Source: Elainellaceae cyanobacterium
GTDB lineage: Bacteria > Cyanobacteriota > Cyanobacteriia > CAZCXK01
Assembly (NCBI GenBank): GCA_051117555.1
Contig: JBNPEG010000035.1
Coordinates: forward strand, 27,180 to 64,070
DNA length: 36,891 bases
Direction: 5' to 3'
The notes under the pieces are model-generated. The model ran no database searches. It saw nothing but the letters and a program-made list of their open reading frames with translations, and was not told the origin of the DNA. Shown here one piece after another: positions 10,685-20,450 of this stretch (its first letter is position 1; each line of letters starts with the position of its first letter). The position numbers and the translations under genes were made by a program.

Positions 10685-11998
10685 ATGTTTCAAACGACTC
10701 GCCGCCGCCTAGCCCTATGGTATACCCTCGTCACCGCTACACTACTTATTTTGTTTGCGAGTGGGTTTTATTTATATGTCCGAAACACATTAGTGGAGCG
10801 AGTCGATGATACGTTAAACCACGTCGTTGAAGTGATTCAGCGATCGCTTGTCATTGAGCATGACTCCGAAGATAGGCTGCATGTCAATGTGGAAGCTAGT
10901 TTTCGAGACAATGCAGAGACGGTTGACGACGATCATATTGATTTGGAGTGGTTTAGCCCAACCGGAATCCTTGTCTGGTCGACCTTCGACCAGCCTCTCG
11001 ATAGCCCGCTTCATTTCAATTCAAAGGGTGAAACCGTTCACTTTCATGAGCAACTATTGCGACAGGTAACTCAGCGAGTGCAAATGGGGCGACACGTGTT
11101 GGGCTATCTTCGCGTCAGTCATCCTTGGTTTGAAGTCACTAAACCCATTCGTCAACTCATCGTTGATTTAAGTTGGGGAACGGCGCTCATGGTCGGAGTG
11201 ACGGCTGCGATTGGTTGGCTGCTGTCGGGGTTGGCAATGGCTCCGGTGCGAGACTCATATCAGCGTCTTAAGCAGTTTACAGCCGACGCATCTCATGAAT
11301 TGCGAAATCCAATTGCGGTGATTCAGACCAACGTGCAGGTGGCGCTTTCTGACTCCGATCCGCAATTTCAGCACGATCAGCTTAAAGTCGTCGAACGTAT
11401 TACGCGGCGACTGGGGCGATTGGTGGATGATTTGCTGTTTCTAGCTCGGCAAGACAGCGGCATTGTGCAGCTTTCGTTTAATCCAATTTCAATCTACGGC
11501 GTACTGAGTGAGGTGATTGACGAGCAGCAGGCGATCGCATCCGATAAACACGTTCAGCTTAGGCTAAATCATCCGAAACCGGACTCTCGTAGTAGCTCCA
11601 TCAAGACTGATCCCTACAGTCCGCTGTATCTGGTTCAGGGCGATCGCAATCAGCTGACCCGACTATTCACTAATCTCATTGGGAATGCGATTCAATATAC
11701 GCCTTCGGGGGGTGAGGTATATATTACGTTGACGACCCTAAAGCGAAACAACGACGTCCAGACTGTCGTTCAAGTCCAAGATACTGGAGTCGGGATTCCG
11801 CCTAATGCAATTCCTCATCTATTTGACCGCTTTTATCAAGTTGATTCATCTCGATCTCACAGAACAGGCTCAGGACTAGGGCTGGCGATCGCCAGAGCGA
11901 TTGTTGACAATCATCAGGGTCAGATTCACCTGGACAGCACTCCCGGCGAGGGCACGACTGTCACCGTAACGTTGCCCGACCTAAGCGAAGCGTCGTGA
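10685..11998 (+). CDS. Membrane sensor histidine kinase, orphan, possibly ManS/Hik27-like
   Basis: Two TM segments, H-box FTADASHELRNP, N-box NLIGNAIQY, DTGVGI, LFDRFY, GSGLGLAIA; the ManS resemblance is from memory of the N-terminus only. Confidence 0.9.
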   Translation: MFQTTRRRLALWYTLVTATLLILFASGFYLYVRNTLVERVDDTLNHVVEVIQRSLVIEHDSEDRLHVNVEASFRDNAETVDDDHIDLEWFSPTGILVWSTFDQPLDSPLHFNSKGETVHFHEQLLRQVTQRVQMGRHVLGYLRVSHPWFEVTKPIRQLIVDLSWGTALMVGVTAAIGWLLSGLAMAPVRDSYQRLKQFTADASHELRNPIAVIQTNVQVALSDSDPQFQHDQLKVVERITRRLGRLVDDLLFLARQDSGIVQLSFNPISIYGVLSEVIDEQQAIASDKHVQLRLNHPKPDSRSSSIKTDPYSPLYLVQGDRNQLTRLFTNLIGNAIQYTPSGGEVYITLTTLKRNNDVQTVVQVQDTGVGIPPNAIPHLFDRFYQVDSSRSHRTGSGLGLAIARAIVDNHQGQIHLDSTPGEGTTVTVTLPDLSEAS

Positions 11999-12034
11999 AA
12001 CTAGCAGGTCAGCTCTGTTGATTCAAGACAGCAA

Positions 12035-14380
12035 TTAACCGGAGTGGTTTAGTGCATCCAGAGCCGCTTGAATGAGATTAAAAATGTGCGGATGAGACAC
12101 ATCAACCTCACGAGCTTCGGCTCGATTTCGCCCCAATAATCCTCGATTGTGCTGAGGTTGAACGGCTAAGACCTGTCCTTCAGGGTTGCGGATTCTTAAT
12201 TCTTGAGCGCTACCAACCTGAGACAGGCTACACAGATATTGGCGTTGATTGTAGGTGAAGGTCGCCTTTTTCAACGGTGGCAAGGACGGGCCTTCAGAAT
12301 CAAAGTCACGATCTGATCTAGAACGTGGTGCATTCAGAGAGGGTGGAGTTGATGGCTTGGTGACCTCAAACATCTGTCCAAGGTTGCGATCGGCTGAATC
12401 AATCGGGAAGGATACTGTGTTGGACAAGACCTCATCCGATTCGTCTTGGGAATCAGATTGGTCGTCGTCAAACAGAGGTAGATTGTCATCAGAGAGAGGA
12501 TAGTGCTCACGCATCGATTCATCGGGCAGAGGAGATTCGATTGCGCTCAGAGCCGGGGTTTGAGGAAGCCGAACGCCGATCACCTCTAGCTCTACATTTT
12601 TGCTGCCGTTCCATTCATTGAGCCGCAAGCGATAGGCAACATCAACTCGACTCGGCAATGGGCAATATTCACCCCAACGCCAGGCGATCGCCCGAATACT
12701 TTTCATGCCGTCCTGTGCCAGGGTGAGCTTTAAGTGATTGCGCGATCGCCCGATGGTCTTTTGCTCTAAAACCCGAACATTAGGTGTCCAAAAAACCGGA
12801 TCGGAGTTCTCAATGCCGCAGGGATGTAGCGCATCAATTTGGCTATACAAATTAAGATCGAGCTGATCAAAGTTAGCTTGCACGTCGACGGTCACCAACG
12901 GCTTAAGATGATGGAGCTGGAGCTGCATATTGGCAAAGATTTGGAGGCGCGATCGCAGCTCTGACAGGTTTTCTGCCTGGAGTGAAAACCCTCCGGCAGC
13001 TCGATGCCCACCATATTTATCCAATCCCTCTTCACAAAACTTCAGCGCTTCAAACACATTAAATTCAGGAATTCCCCGCGCCGATCCCCGAATCCGAGTT
13101 GGATCATCATCTTCATAGGTGCCGATGAAAACTGGAACACCATATCGCTCGACTAGTCGAGATGCCACGATGCCGATAACGCCATGATGCCATCCCGGCT
13201 GAACGATAACCAGCACACGCTCCTGTTCTAAGTTGGGTTGGCGCTCTTCAATCCAATGAATGGCTTCTTGCTCAATCAGTTCGCACAACTGCTGGCGGCA
13301 TTGATTAATTTGTTCGCATTCCATTGCCCGTTCGAGGGCGTAGCCTTCATCGTCTGTCGTGAGCAGCTCAATGACAATTTCAGGATTGTGAATACGCCCG
13401 ACTGCGTTAATGCGAGGCCCCAACCGAAATCCGATGGCGTCTGGCTTCAGCGTGCCGGTTTCATGGCTAAGCCCTGCTACTTGAATCAGCGATCGCACGC
13501 CTGCGAGTCGAGAGGATGGCAAGAGCTTGAGTCCTCGTTTGACCCACCGACGATTGACACCCGTCAAAGGAGCTAAATCGGCAATGGTTCCTAAGGTGAA
13601 CAGCTCAAGCAACGACGTGGCTAAATCCTTGGTTTTGCCTAGATACTGGGCTAAGCAAACCGCAAGAATATAGGCAACTCCAACTCCTGCGAGCCCATAA
13701 TACGGCGATTCTGTTCGAATCAACTTGGGATTGAGGATGGCATGGGCAGGCGGCAGGCGGGGTGGAAGGTCGTGGTGGTCGGTGATAATCACCTTCAGAC
13801 CTAGTTCTCTCGCTCTAACAACGGGGTCGTAGGCTGCGATGCCATTGTCGACTGTGAGAATGAGATCAACTCCCTCTTGGTGAAAGTCTTCCACAATACG
13901 CTGATTAATGCCATATCCCTCTTTCATGCGGCTGGGAATCGCATAGTCAACTGTGGCACCTAAGAAGCGCAATGCTCGGATCAGCAAGGATGTGCTGGTC
14001 ATACCATCCGCATCATAATCTCCGCAAATCGCAATTTTTTGCTTAAATTCTACGGCAGTTGCGAGCAGTTCTAGCGCGGTTGACAAATCTGGGAATTCAT
14101 CGACTGGAGACGGAAGCTGTTGAATTTCGGGGTTGAGAAAAATTTTAGCCGCAGCCGATGTGGTGATGCCTCGGTTAATCATCACCTGGGTTAACAGAGG
14201 CGATAGTTCCGTTGCTTCGATGAGTCGCTGTGCCAGCTTAAGATTGGGAGATGCGATGTGCCAGCGTTGGCTCGGAAGCCGGGGCGATCGCCCCTTGTCT
14301 GCTGCACTGGTTTGGGTCGCAGCAGGAGAATTGCCATTTTTACCATTAAAGGATGCAGATGAAATAGGTCGAGTAGACAC
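12035..14380 (-). CDS. recJ: Single-stranded-DNA-specific exonuclease RecJ with C-terminal extension
   Basis: GDYDADG, ILTVDNG, ITDHH, LGTIAD, GPRINAVGR, HHGVIGIVASRL, GSARG, GGHRAAGG. Confidence 0.95.
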   Translation of the reverse strand: MSTRPISSASFNGKNGNSPAATQTSAADKGRSPRLPSQRWHIASPNLKLAQRLIEATELSPLLTQVMINRGITTSAAAKIFLNPEIQQLPSPVDEFPDLSTALELLATAVEFKQKIAICGDYDADGMTSTSLLIRALRFLGATVDYAIPSRMKEGYGINQRIVEDFHQEGVDLILTVDNGIAAYDPVVRARELGLKVIITDHHDLPPRLPPAHAILNPKLIRTESPYYGLAGVGVAYILAVCLAQYLGKTKDLATSLLELFTLGTIADLAPLTGVNRRWVKRGLKLLPSSRLAGVRSLIQVAGLSHETGTLKPDAIGFRLGPRINAVGRIHNPEIVIELLTTDDEGYALERAMECEQINQCRQQLCELIEQEAIHWIEERQPNLEQERVLVIVQPGWHHGVIGIVASRLVERYGVPVFIGTYEDDDPTRIRGSARGIPEFNVFEALKFCEEGLDKYGGHRAAGGFSLQAENLSELRSRLQIFANMQLQLHHLKPLVTVDVQANFDQLDLNLYSQIDALHPCGIENSDPVFWTPNVRVLEQKTIGRSRNHLKLTLAQDGMKSIRAIAWRWGEYCPLPSRVDVAYRLRLNEWNGSKNVELEVIGVRLPQTPALSAIESPLPDESMREHYPLSDDNLPLFDDDQSDSQDESDEVLSNTVSFPIDSADRNLGQMFEVTKPSTPPSLNAPRSRSDRDFDSEGPSLPPLKKATFTYNQRQYLCSLSQVGSAQELRIRNPEGQVLAVQPQHNRGLLGRNRAEAREVDVSHPHIFNLIQAALDALNHSG

Positions 14381-14585
14381 AGCAAGACCTTTGAACGAGC
14401 AATCACAACTAACGAACTACGATCTAAATGCAGATTATAAACGCAGGTTTAAGCGTTGAATCTTAAGCGTGACATCCGTGAGAAAGAGTTAGACGGTTGA
14501 GCAATAAGCCTATCACAGAGTTCAAATGTTCTATTTATCTACCTTAAATTAACATTTTGAGAGGGCTGACGAGAGTAGTGGACGA

Positions 14586-17500
14586 CTAAAACGGCAAATT
14601 TGTCAAAATAGGAGCCGTTAGTTTCTGTCGAGCACTTGCGGTCAAGCTATTTAGATACCGTCGAACCTGATGACATTGCTCAATATTGGTTTGATAGGTC
14701 TGATAGTCTTTTTTGTGAAACAGCGGTGCTGCTAATAAAATTCGATAGTCTGGATTTTGCTGAGATTCGGGAGTGAGGCAGTCAAAGTCACTTTGAGTAG
14801 GGACGAAGCCAGCCGGAAGCTGCCCTTCTAGTATTGCTAAAACCTGAGCGTAACAAATCTGCGGATCGATGCCTCGACTCTCTAAAATCTGCATGATGTT
14901 GCTGACCGTCAGGGGCTGATTGGGCAGCGCCCGCAGCAGTTCTAGCAGAAGAAAATAGTCGTTATACCGTCGCCGAGTGGGTTCCATCACGTTGGGATGG
15001 AGTGGTAGGGTGGCTAGTCCATAGGCGACTCGACTGCACGTGGGAGAGTATCTGTTTTGCTGAGATGATGTCGAATGGCTAGTATAGGTGTCTTGAATGA
15101 TCGTCGCTTGAGGTAATTTTTGGCGTAGCCAGATCGCGATAATGCGTAACGACGCGCTTCCTCCCGAACAAATCACCTGTCTAATCGAATAGAGAGATCC
15201 TCCCGTTTGTCTCAATAGATCGATCAGATCGTGGTGAAGAAGCTGAATAAAGGGCACAAACACCCGGCTTCCCAAATCTTGCTGAGGAATGACCCACTGC
15301 TCATCGCCCAACTGAATGGTAATACTCTTTTGATGCTGGAGGATAAATTTAATGCGACCTGCGATTTCCAGAAGGGTTTTGCCAGATTGAGAACTGTCGA
15401 GGCGCTGGCGCAACTGATGTCGCCTTGCTAAATCAGACTGTCCTGGATTCGGAAGCTCAAGCGTCTCAAGCCGCAAGTCGTCCCACGATATTTGCTCTGA
15501 AGACTCCAGATCTGCGGATTCAAACTCGATATTCGATGGGTCAATCTGCCGATTCGCTCGATACCGAGGAGGGTAGAGTAACTGGCATACAATGTCTTGG
15601 TCGAGAGCATCTCCCCCGAATGCTACACTCTTGGCTGTGAAGTCTTGATATGTCAGATCGTGTAGAGAATCGGGTAAGTTGACAAGAGCAAATTCGGTTG
15701 TAGAGGCGCCCGCATTGATTGCAAGTGTATAGCCAGTCCAATCGGTGTTATGGATGTGGGGTTGTTGCAATAGCTGAGAAGGAAGCATAACCGATCGCCC
15801 ATCTGCACCGTGCAAGCCCGACAATATCGTGGCGATCGCATCATCGACAAACATCACCTGCTCAGGACCTGCAACAAGACGGGCTCCCAAAACAGCTTCT
15901 CGAACGTTAAAGCGATAGGTATCAGACCCGCATTCAGGTTGTCCCATGATTACGCCTGCTAGCTGTTGAAGGGCGGATTGAAACGCTGATTCTTCTAGCC
16001 CTATCGCACCACAGCTTACTGTAGAAACCGCTGCAGTCAAGGGCGATCGCGACGTACCAAGGGTGTTTAACAAAAGCTGGAGCGCTTGATATAGTTGGCT
16101 AAGTGCGACTTGGTGCTGATCTGTCCACTGGAGAACGGGTTCCCATGTCGACGTTTGGGCCGAATAGTAGGGAATGCCGACATTGAGATAGGGCTTAAAG
16201 TGCTGTAGCGAAACATAGGTCTCTTGAGGATACTGATCGGCAGTCAGAGATTCTCCATGCTCTTGACTTGCGTCTAGAATGGGAGGTCCGCTAAGGAGAG
16301 TGGAGGGCGCATCTGGAATAGTCAATGAAGCCAGCGTCGGCAGCCGGAATCGATTCTCAGGTGTTTCTGACGAGGCGTCGGCTAACGAACTGGCATCACT
16401 CCAATAAATGGGGTGCAGTTCGCATGTCTGACGGTTAAGCAAGACAGCAGAGAGCCCGGTGGTTCCAAAATCGATGCCTAAAAACCACGTAGCGTGTCGA
16501 GGTTCGTCCTGATGGGGCGGAGGCGATGGCGGGGCAGCCTCAGGATTGGTAAACACAGACTCTATTGAAGCAATTTCCTGCTCAGTTGCAGAAATATCAG
16601 TGTCAGCAGACAGATTAAACTGTTCCGGGCGATCGCCAACGGGTTCGACACGAGCCTCTGGAACATCTTCGTTGAGATCGAGGTCGGGCGTTGCAAGCGC
16701 TAAATCGGGAGTCGGGTTCGCATTGACGTCACTCGCTTCAGAATCGAAAGAATCAGGTTCATCATTTAGATTCTTTTTTTTTTGGCTAGATTCGTTTGCC
16801 TCCTCTGGATCGCCTGGCCGGCCTGTCCTAGCTGGATTGACATAACCAGAAAGGTTGCCCTGCCAGGGTATTTCGCTAGCGTCGGGACTTGCCATCAGGT
16901 CATAGAGCGTTTGTCCTTCCGGGGGAGTGTCAGATGATGAAATATCGGCGTGAGTCAGATCTTCAAACAGGCTGTCAAGTCCTTCGATGGTTGAAGGCTG
17001 TCTATCTTCAACATCGATGCCTTCATTCTCAAACGTAAACACGTTGTCAAGATTAATATCCTCTTTATTGTCTACTGATGCTGTCTCATCAACCGGTATG
17101 TCAGTAGACGAATCTACGTGCCCCGCAACGTCATCGAGAGTCAATGCAGAATCGTCTGACTCGGCTAGAGAATCCGCATCAATAGTTAGAGCTCGCAATA
17201 AGTCATCCTCAAGATTCGGCATTGAAAGGAGACGTTCTAAGCTCAGATCACGGTCAGGAAGATTCAGCAGGTTATCCGTATCCGCGTCGCTTCGGGATAC
17301 GCCTGTATCCTGACTTTCTTCACGGGGAAAATCAACAGTCTGCACCGAATCACCCGCATCTTGACTGGTGAACAAGTCTTCAACGGTGGGATAGTCAGAC
17401 AGCGATTCCTCATCATTGTGAGACGAAAAAATTAATGTTTGGTCGTCATCCGAATCGTCTAAATCATAATCCTCAGCGAAAAGGTCGATACCCTCCGATG

Positions 17501-19988
17501 AGGAATAACTACTGGTCTCTGACATATTGGCTATGAGGTCTGATGCATCAGCCGCGAAAAAGTCATCCTCTGGAGGAAGAAAATCATCGGCGGCTGCAGG
17601 TGTTCCCGATGACGTCAGAGCAGCGAATATGGTGTTGCTCGAGGAGCCAGTCTGAGCGGATTCAAATACGTCTTGGCGTTCATCCGTCATATCCGCGTCG
17701 GATGTGTCTAGAGGAGTAAGGTTTTCAGACTCATTTAAATCAGACTGGAGGAACGTAATTTCATCCTGCTCCAGACCTTCTAACTGAGAAAGATCAGTTG
17801 TGAGCTGCTGAAGGGTTGACTCATCGAGTTGGAGATCAAGCCGAGGATCGCGGGGCTGATCCTCCGCTATTAACAGATTCTCGTCCGGAGAGGCTGCAAT
17901 AAACTCTCTCTCAAAAGAATCCTGATTGGGGTCATTAGAAGGCGAGGTGAGGCCATCATCGAGGTCATCATCAGACTCCGAATCAATCACCAGATCAGTC
18001 AAGCTAGCGATTGTCTCAATAGAGTCATCGGATTCATCATCGTCGGATTCATTGAGTAGATGATTAGGGGGGGTATCCGTTTGATCGGTGTGGGGGGCAA
18101 CGCCAAGACTTTCATCAAACAGGAAATTTTCCAGGGTTTGCTCAGACAATGCGTCGTCTTCGAATGACCGGACAGGCGCTTCATTCGGATCGTCATCGTT
18201 TGCAACAGGTTGAGATGAGGTGTCCCCGTCTAGGAAGTCGTCATACTCAGATGGCGCGATCGCCCTCTGCTCTGGGATTTCTTCTGGGTAGACTGCCGTC
18301 GAATCGACGTCTTGCTCGTCATTGAGATTCTCGTAGAATGCATCGAATTCGTGATAGAGATTTTCTGGAGATGCGGCTTCGGAGGGAGTATCTGCGCCCA
18401 TCAATGTGGGTTCTGTCTCCGATGCCTCTACCCGATCGTTTTCATCAATGGTGCTCAGTTTCTCATCCCGCAACTCAGCGGTGATTTGGTTGAGAATATC
18501 TAAAGCATCAGAGTCAGATTGATCGGTTGAGTCTGATGGAAGGCTTGCAGCGATCGCATCAATATCGTCATCAATAATGCTGTCGTCACTATCATCGATA
18601 CTGTCATCAGCCGATACGTCCTGAGAAAGAATAGTCTCATCAACGTCAGTCGTTTCGGCAGCGTCATCAAATTGGAAGATGGCCATCTGACCATCCAAAT
18701 CGACGGGCAAATCTAGAAATGCCAGGTCTGATTGCAAGTCGAGGTTATCGATATCAAGATTGAGAGAGTCAAGGTCATCGAAGTCTTCTCGATCTAAATC
18801 AGCCAATTCGTTCGCGGGATCGGTCTGAGCTGCCAGATCAGACTGACCGGATGCTGAATCAGCCGCGTCAGCCGCGTCAAACTGAACCGTGTCGCCTGTC
18901 TGATCACCTACTTCGGCATTAGGCCCATCCAGCATATCCAGGTCTTCAGTGTTTATCTCCCCCAAGAACTGATCAATTTGATCATCTGAGAGCTCATCTG
19001 GAATAGACTGCTCTGCCGATCGCCACGGCGGAGATTCACGCCGATCGGCGGGTGGAGTCGTCGCATTTTCGACGCTGGAGAGCCCTGGCAGCTCCCACTC
19101 CGTATTGTCTAAGGATGACCGCAAATAGGACGATGCTTCTTGGCCAAGCTGCCGCGCTAACCGATTGATTAACGCAGCAAACATAATCTCGCCCTGCTGC
19201 CCCAGGCTATGCATTTTGCCAAGCCCTTGCCCTAGCGAGTCTTGATAGCTCTCAATGTTTTTCTGAAGCGACTCAAAGACAACACCCATCGTTGAATCGA
19301 GCTTGAGCATGAGTTCATCAGACCTAGATTGGAGCATCTGAATATGCTCAAGCCGTTCTCGCGGGCTGAGTCGGGGCAAGTTGGCGATCGCCTCTGATGA
19401 GCCTTCTAATTGTCGTTCCTGGATCGATCGAGCTTCTAGATCAGCCAGGGTTTGAACAACCTGGCTGGTTAAATGTTCTTGTAGCTTCTCCATCAGCGTG
19501 CGGAGAAATTCATTGATGACACGCTGCTGGTCAACGGCTTGGGGCGGACCATACTCACGTCGCTGAGCTTCGAGTTGTCTCACCTCTGCTAGCAGTGCTT
19601 CGCGCTGTTGATGTAGACGAGCGACATCTTCTCGAAGCGGCTGCATCATATTTGACCGCAGATAGTCCATTTCTTGGACAACGGCCTGTAAAACCTGCTG
19701 GGCTGATTCCCCGGGCGAAGCAAGCGATTGGCGCGACTGGGTTGAATCGTCTGAATCATCTGTCACCCGTCGGTCATCTGCGTTAGAAAGTCCAATATCT
19801 GAACGCGCGCGATCGCTGGCCTCATTCTGTTGCTGTAGAGACACCAGATAGTCGCGAGCTTGTTCGAGCACGTGTTGCTGACGAGCAGAATCCCCAGACA
19901 TAACCCAGGGAAGGCGCAGGCTCGATTTGCTAAGCACCTCATCAATCGTGCTGATTAGTGATTGAATCTGAGAATTTTGAGAAGTCAC
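14586..19988 (-). CDS. 1800-aa protein: N-terminal coiled coil, long Asp/Glu-rich region, C-terminal Hsp70/actin-like ATPase fold
   Basis: Heptad-like N-terminal ~300 aa; ~850 aa acidic low-complexity region; FLGIDFGTTG (phosphate 1), INAGASTT (phosphate 2-like), GGDALDQDI, VICSGGSASL (adenosine). Confidence 0.8.
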   Translation of the reverse strand: MTSQNSQIQSLISTIDEVLSKSSLRLPWVMSGDSARQQHVLEQARDYLVSLQQQNEASDRARSDIGLSNADDRRVTDDSDDSTQSRQSLASPGESAQQVLQAVVQEMDYLRSNMMQPLREDVARLHQQREALLAEVRQLEAQRREYGPPQAVDQQRVINEFLRTLMEKLQEHLTSQVVQTLADLEARSIQERQLEGSSEAIANLPRLSPRERLEHIQMLQSRSDELMLKLDSTMGVVFESLQKNIESYQDSLGQGLGKMHSLGQQGEIMFAALINRLARQLGQEASSYLRSSLDNTEWELPGLSSVENATTPPADRRESPPWRSAEQSIPDELSDDQIDQFLGEINTEDLDMLDGPNAEVGDQTGDTVQFDAADAADSASGQSDLAAQTDPANELADLDREDFDDLDSLNLDIDNLDLQSDLAFLDLPVDLDGQMAIFQFDDAAETTDVDETILSQDVSADDSIDDSDDSIIDDDIDAIAASLPSDSTDQSDSDALDILNQITAELRDEKLSTIDENDRVEASETEPTLMGADTPSEAASPENLYHEFDAFYENLNDEQDVDSTAVYPEEIPEQRAIAPSEYDDFLDGDTSSQPVANDDDPNEAPVRSFEDDALSEQTLENFLFDESLGVAPHTDQTDTPPNHLLNESDDDESDDSIETIASLTDLVIDSESDDDLDDGLTSPSNDPNQDSFEREFIAASPDENLLIAEDQPRDPRLDLQLDESTLQQLTTDLSQLEGLEQDEITFLQSDLNESENLTPLDTSDADMTDERQDVFESAQTGSSSNTIFAALTSSGTPAAADDFLPPEDDFFAADASDLIANMSETSSYSSSEGIDLFAEDYDLDDSDDDQTLIFSSHNDEESLSDYPTVEDLFTSQDAGDSVQTVDFPREESQDTGVSRSDADTDNLLNLPDRDLSLERLLSMPNLEDDLLRALTIDADSLAESDDSALTLDDVAGHVDSSTDIPVDETASVDNKEDINLDNVFTFENEGIDVEDRQPSTIEGLDSLFEDLTHADISSSDTPPEGQTLYDLMASPDASEIPWQGNLSGYVNPARTGRPGDPEEANESSQKKKNLNDEPDSFDSEASDVNANPTPDLALATPDLDLNEDVPEARVEPVGDRPEQFNLSADTDISATEQEIASIESVFTNPEAAPPSPPPHQDEPRHATWFLGIDFGTTGLSAVLLNRQTCELHPIYWSDASSLADASSETPENRFRLPTLASLTIPDAPSTLLSGPPILDASQEHGESLTADQYPQETYVSLQHFKPYLNVGIPYYSAQTSTWEPVLQWTDQHQVALSQLYQALQLLLNTLGTSRSPLTAAVSTVSCGAIGLEESAFQSALQQLAGVIMGQPECGSDTYRFNVREAVLGARLVAGPEQVMFVDDAIATILSGLHGADGRSVMLPSQLLQQPHIHNTDWTGYTLAINAGASTTEFALVNLPDSLHDLTYQDFTAKSVAFGGDALDQDIVCQLLYPPRYRANRQIDPSNIEFESADLESSEQISWDDLRLETLELPNPGQSDLARRHQLRQRLDSSQSGKTLLEIAGRIKFILQHQKSITIQLGDEQWVIPQQDLGSRVFVPFIQLLHHDLIDLLRQTGGSLYSIRQVICSGGSASLRIIAIWLRQKLPQATIIQDTYTSHSTSSQQNRYSPTCSRVAYGLATLPLHPNVMEPTRRRYNDYFLLLELLRALPNQPLTVSNIMQILESRGIDPQICYAQVLAILEGQLPAGFVPTQSDFDCLTPESQQNPDYRILLAAPLFHKKDYQTYQTNIEQCHQVRRYLNSLTASARQKLTAPILTNLPF

Positions 19989-20053
19989 AGCGGAATCCCT
20001 GGCTAAACTTGCAGGATTTACAGGTCAAAGAAGCAGATATAACAGTTCGATGT

Positions 20054-20103
20054 CCTGTTCAAAGCCTGTTCAAAATAATCGACGTTAGCTCATATTAGCT
20101 AAC
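20054..20103. promoter_or_regulatory. Candidate regulator sites upstream of the 1800-aa gene
   Basis: Perfect 10-bp direct repeat CCTGTTCAAA with 11-bp period (20054-20074), then inverted repeat GTTAGCT-N6-AGCTAAC (20084-20103). Confidence 0.4.
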
Positions 20104-20450
20104 ATTTAGATTTCCCGGAAAGGATTGCGGATTTCTCGCCTTCAGCATATTGATTGGAGGACATGTCGCCTGATCCGTTATGAATTTTTGGGCGTTTAGG
20201 TAGAGGATATCCCTGCTTATTCGCTGAGACGAGATTTAGGTTTTTGGGATATATGCTTGGATTCTAAATTAGATCTACACCCCTGTTTTTTATCTTATAT
20301 CTAGCCGCTGATATATGACTTTGATAAGCAAATTAACGAAGTCTACACATCACCTGTGAATTTTTATTGATATCTGCCCAAGCCTATCACCTGCTGTAAA
20401 GTTATATGAAGAAACCCATTATTCGTCGCACTCGTTAATCGACCTAATCT

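Noticed and set aside
10305..10685. 126-aa + strand ORF and the 12-aa N-terminal extension of Rbp
   Set aside because: The ORF is antisense to rbp and its leader; the Rbp family starts at MSIYVGN with the RBS box directly upstream
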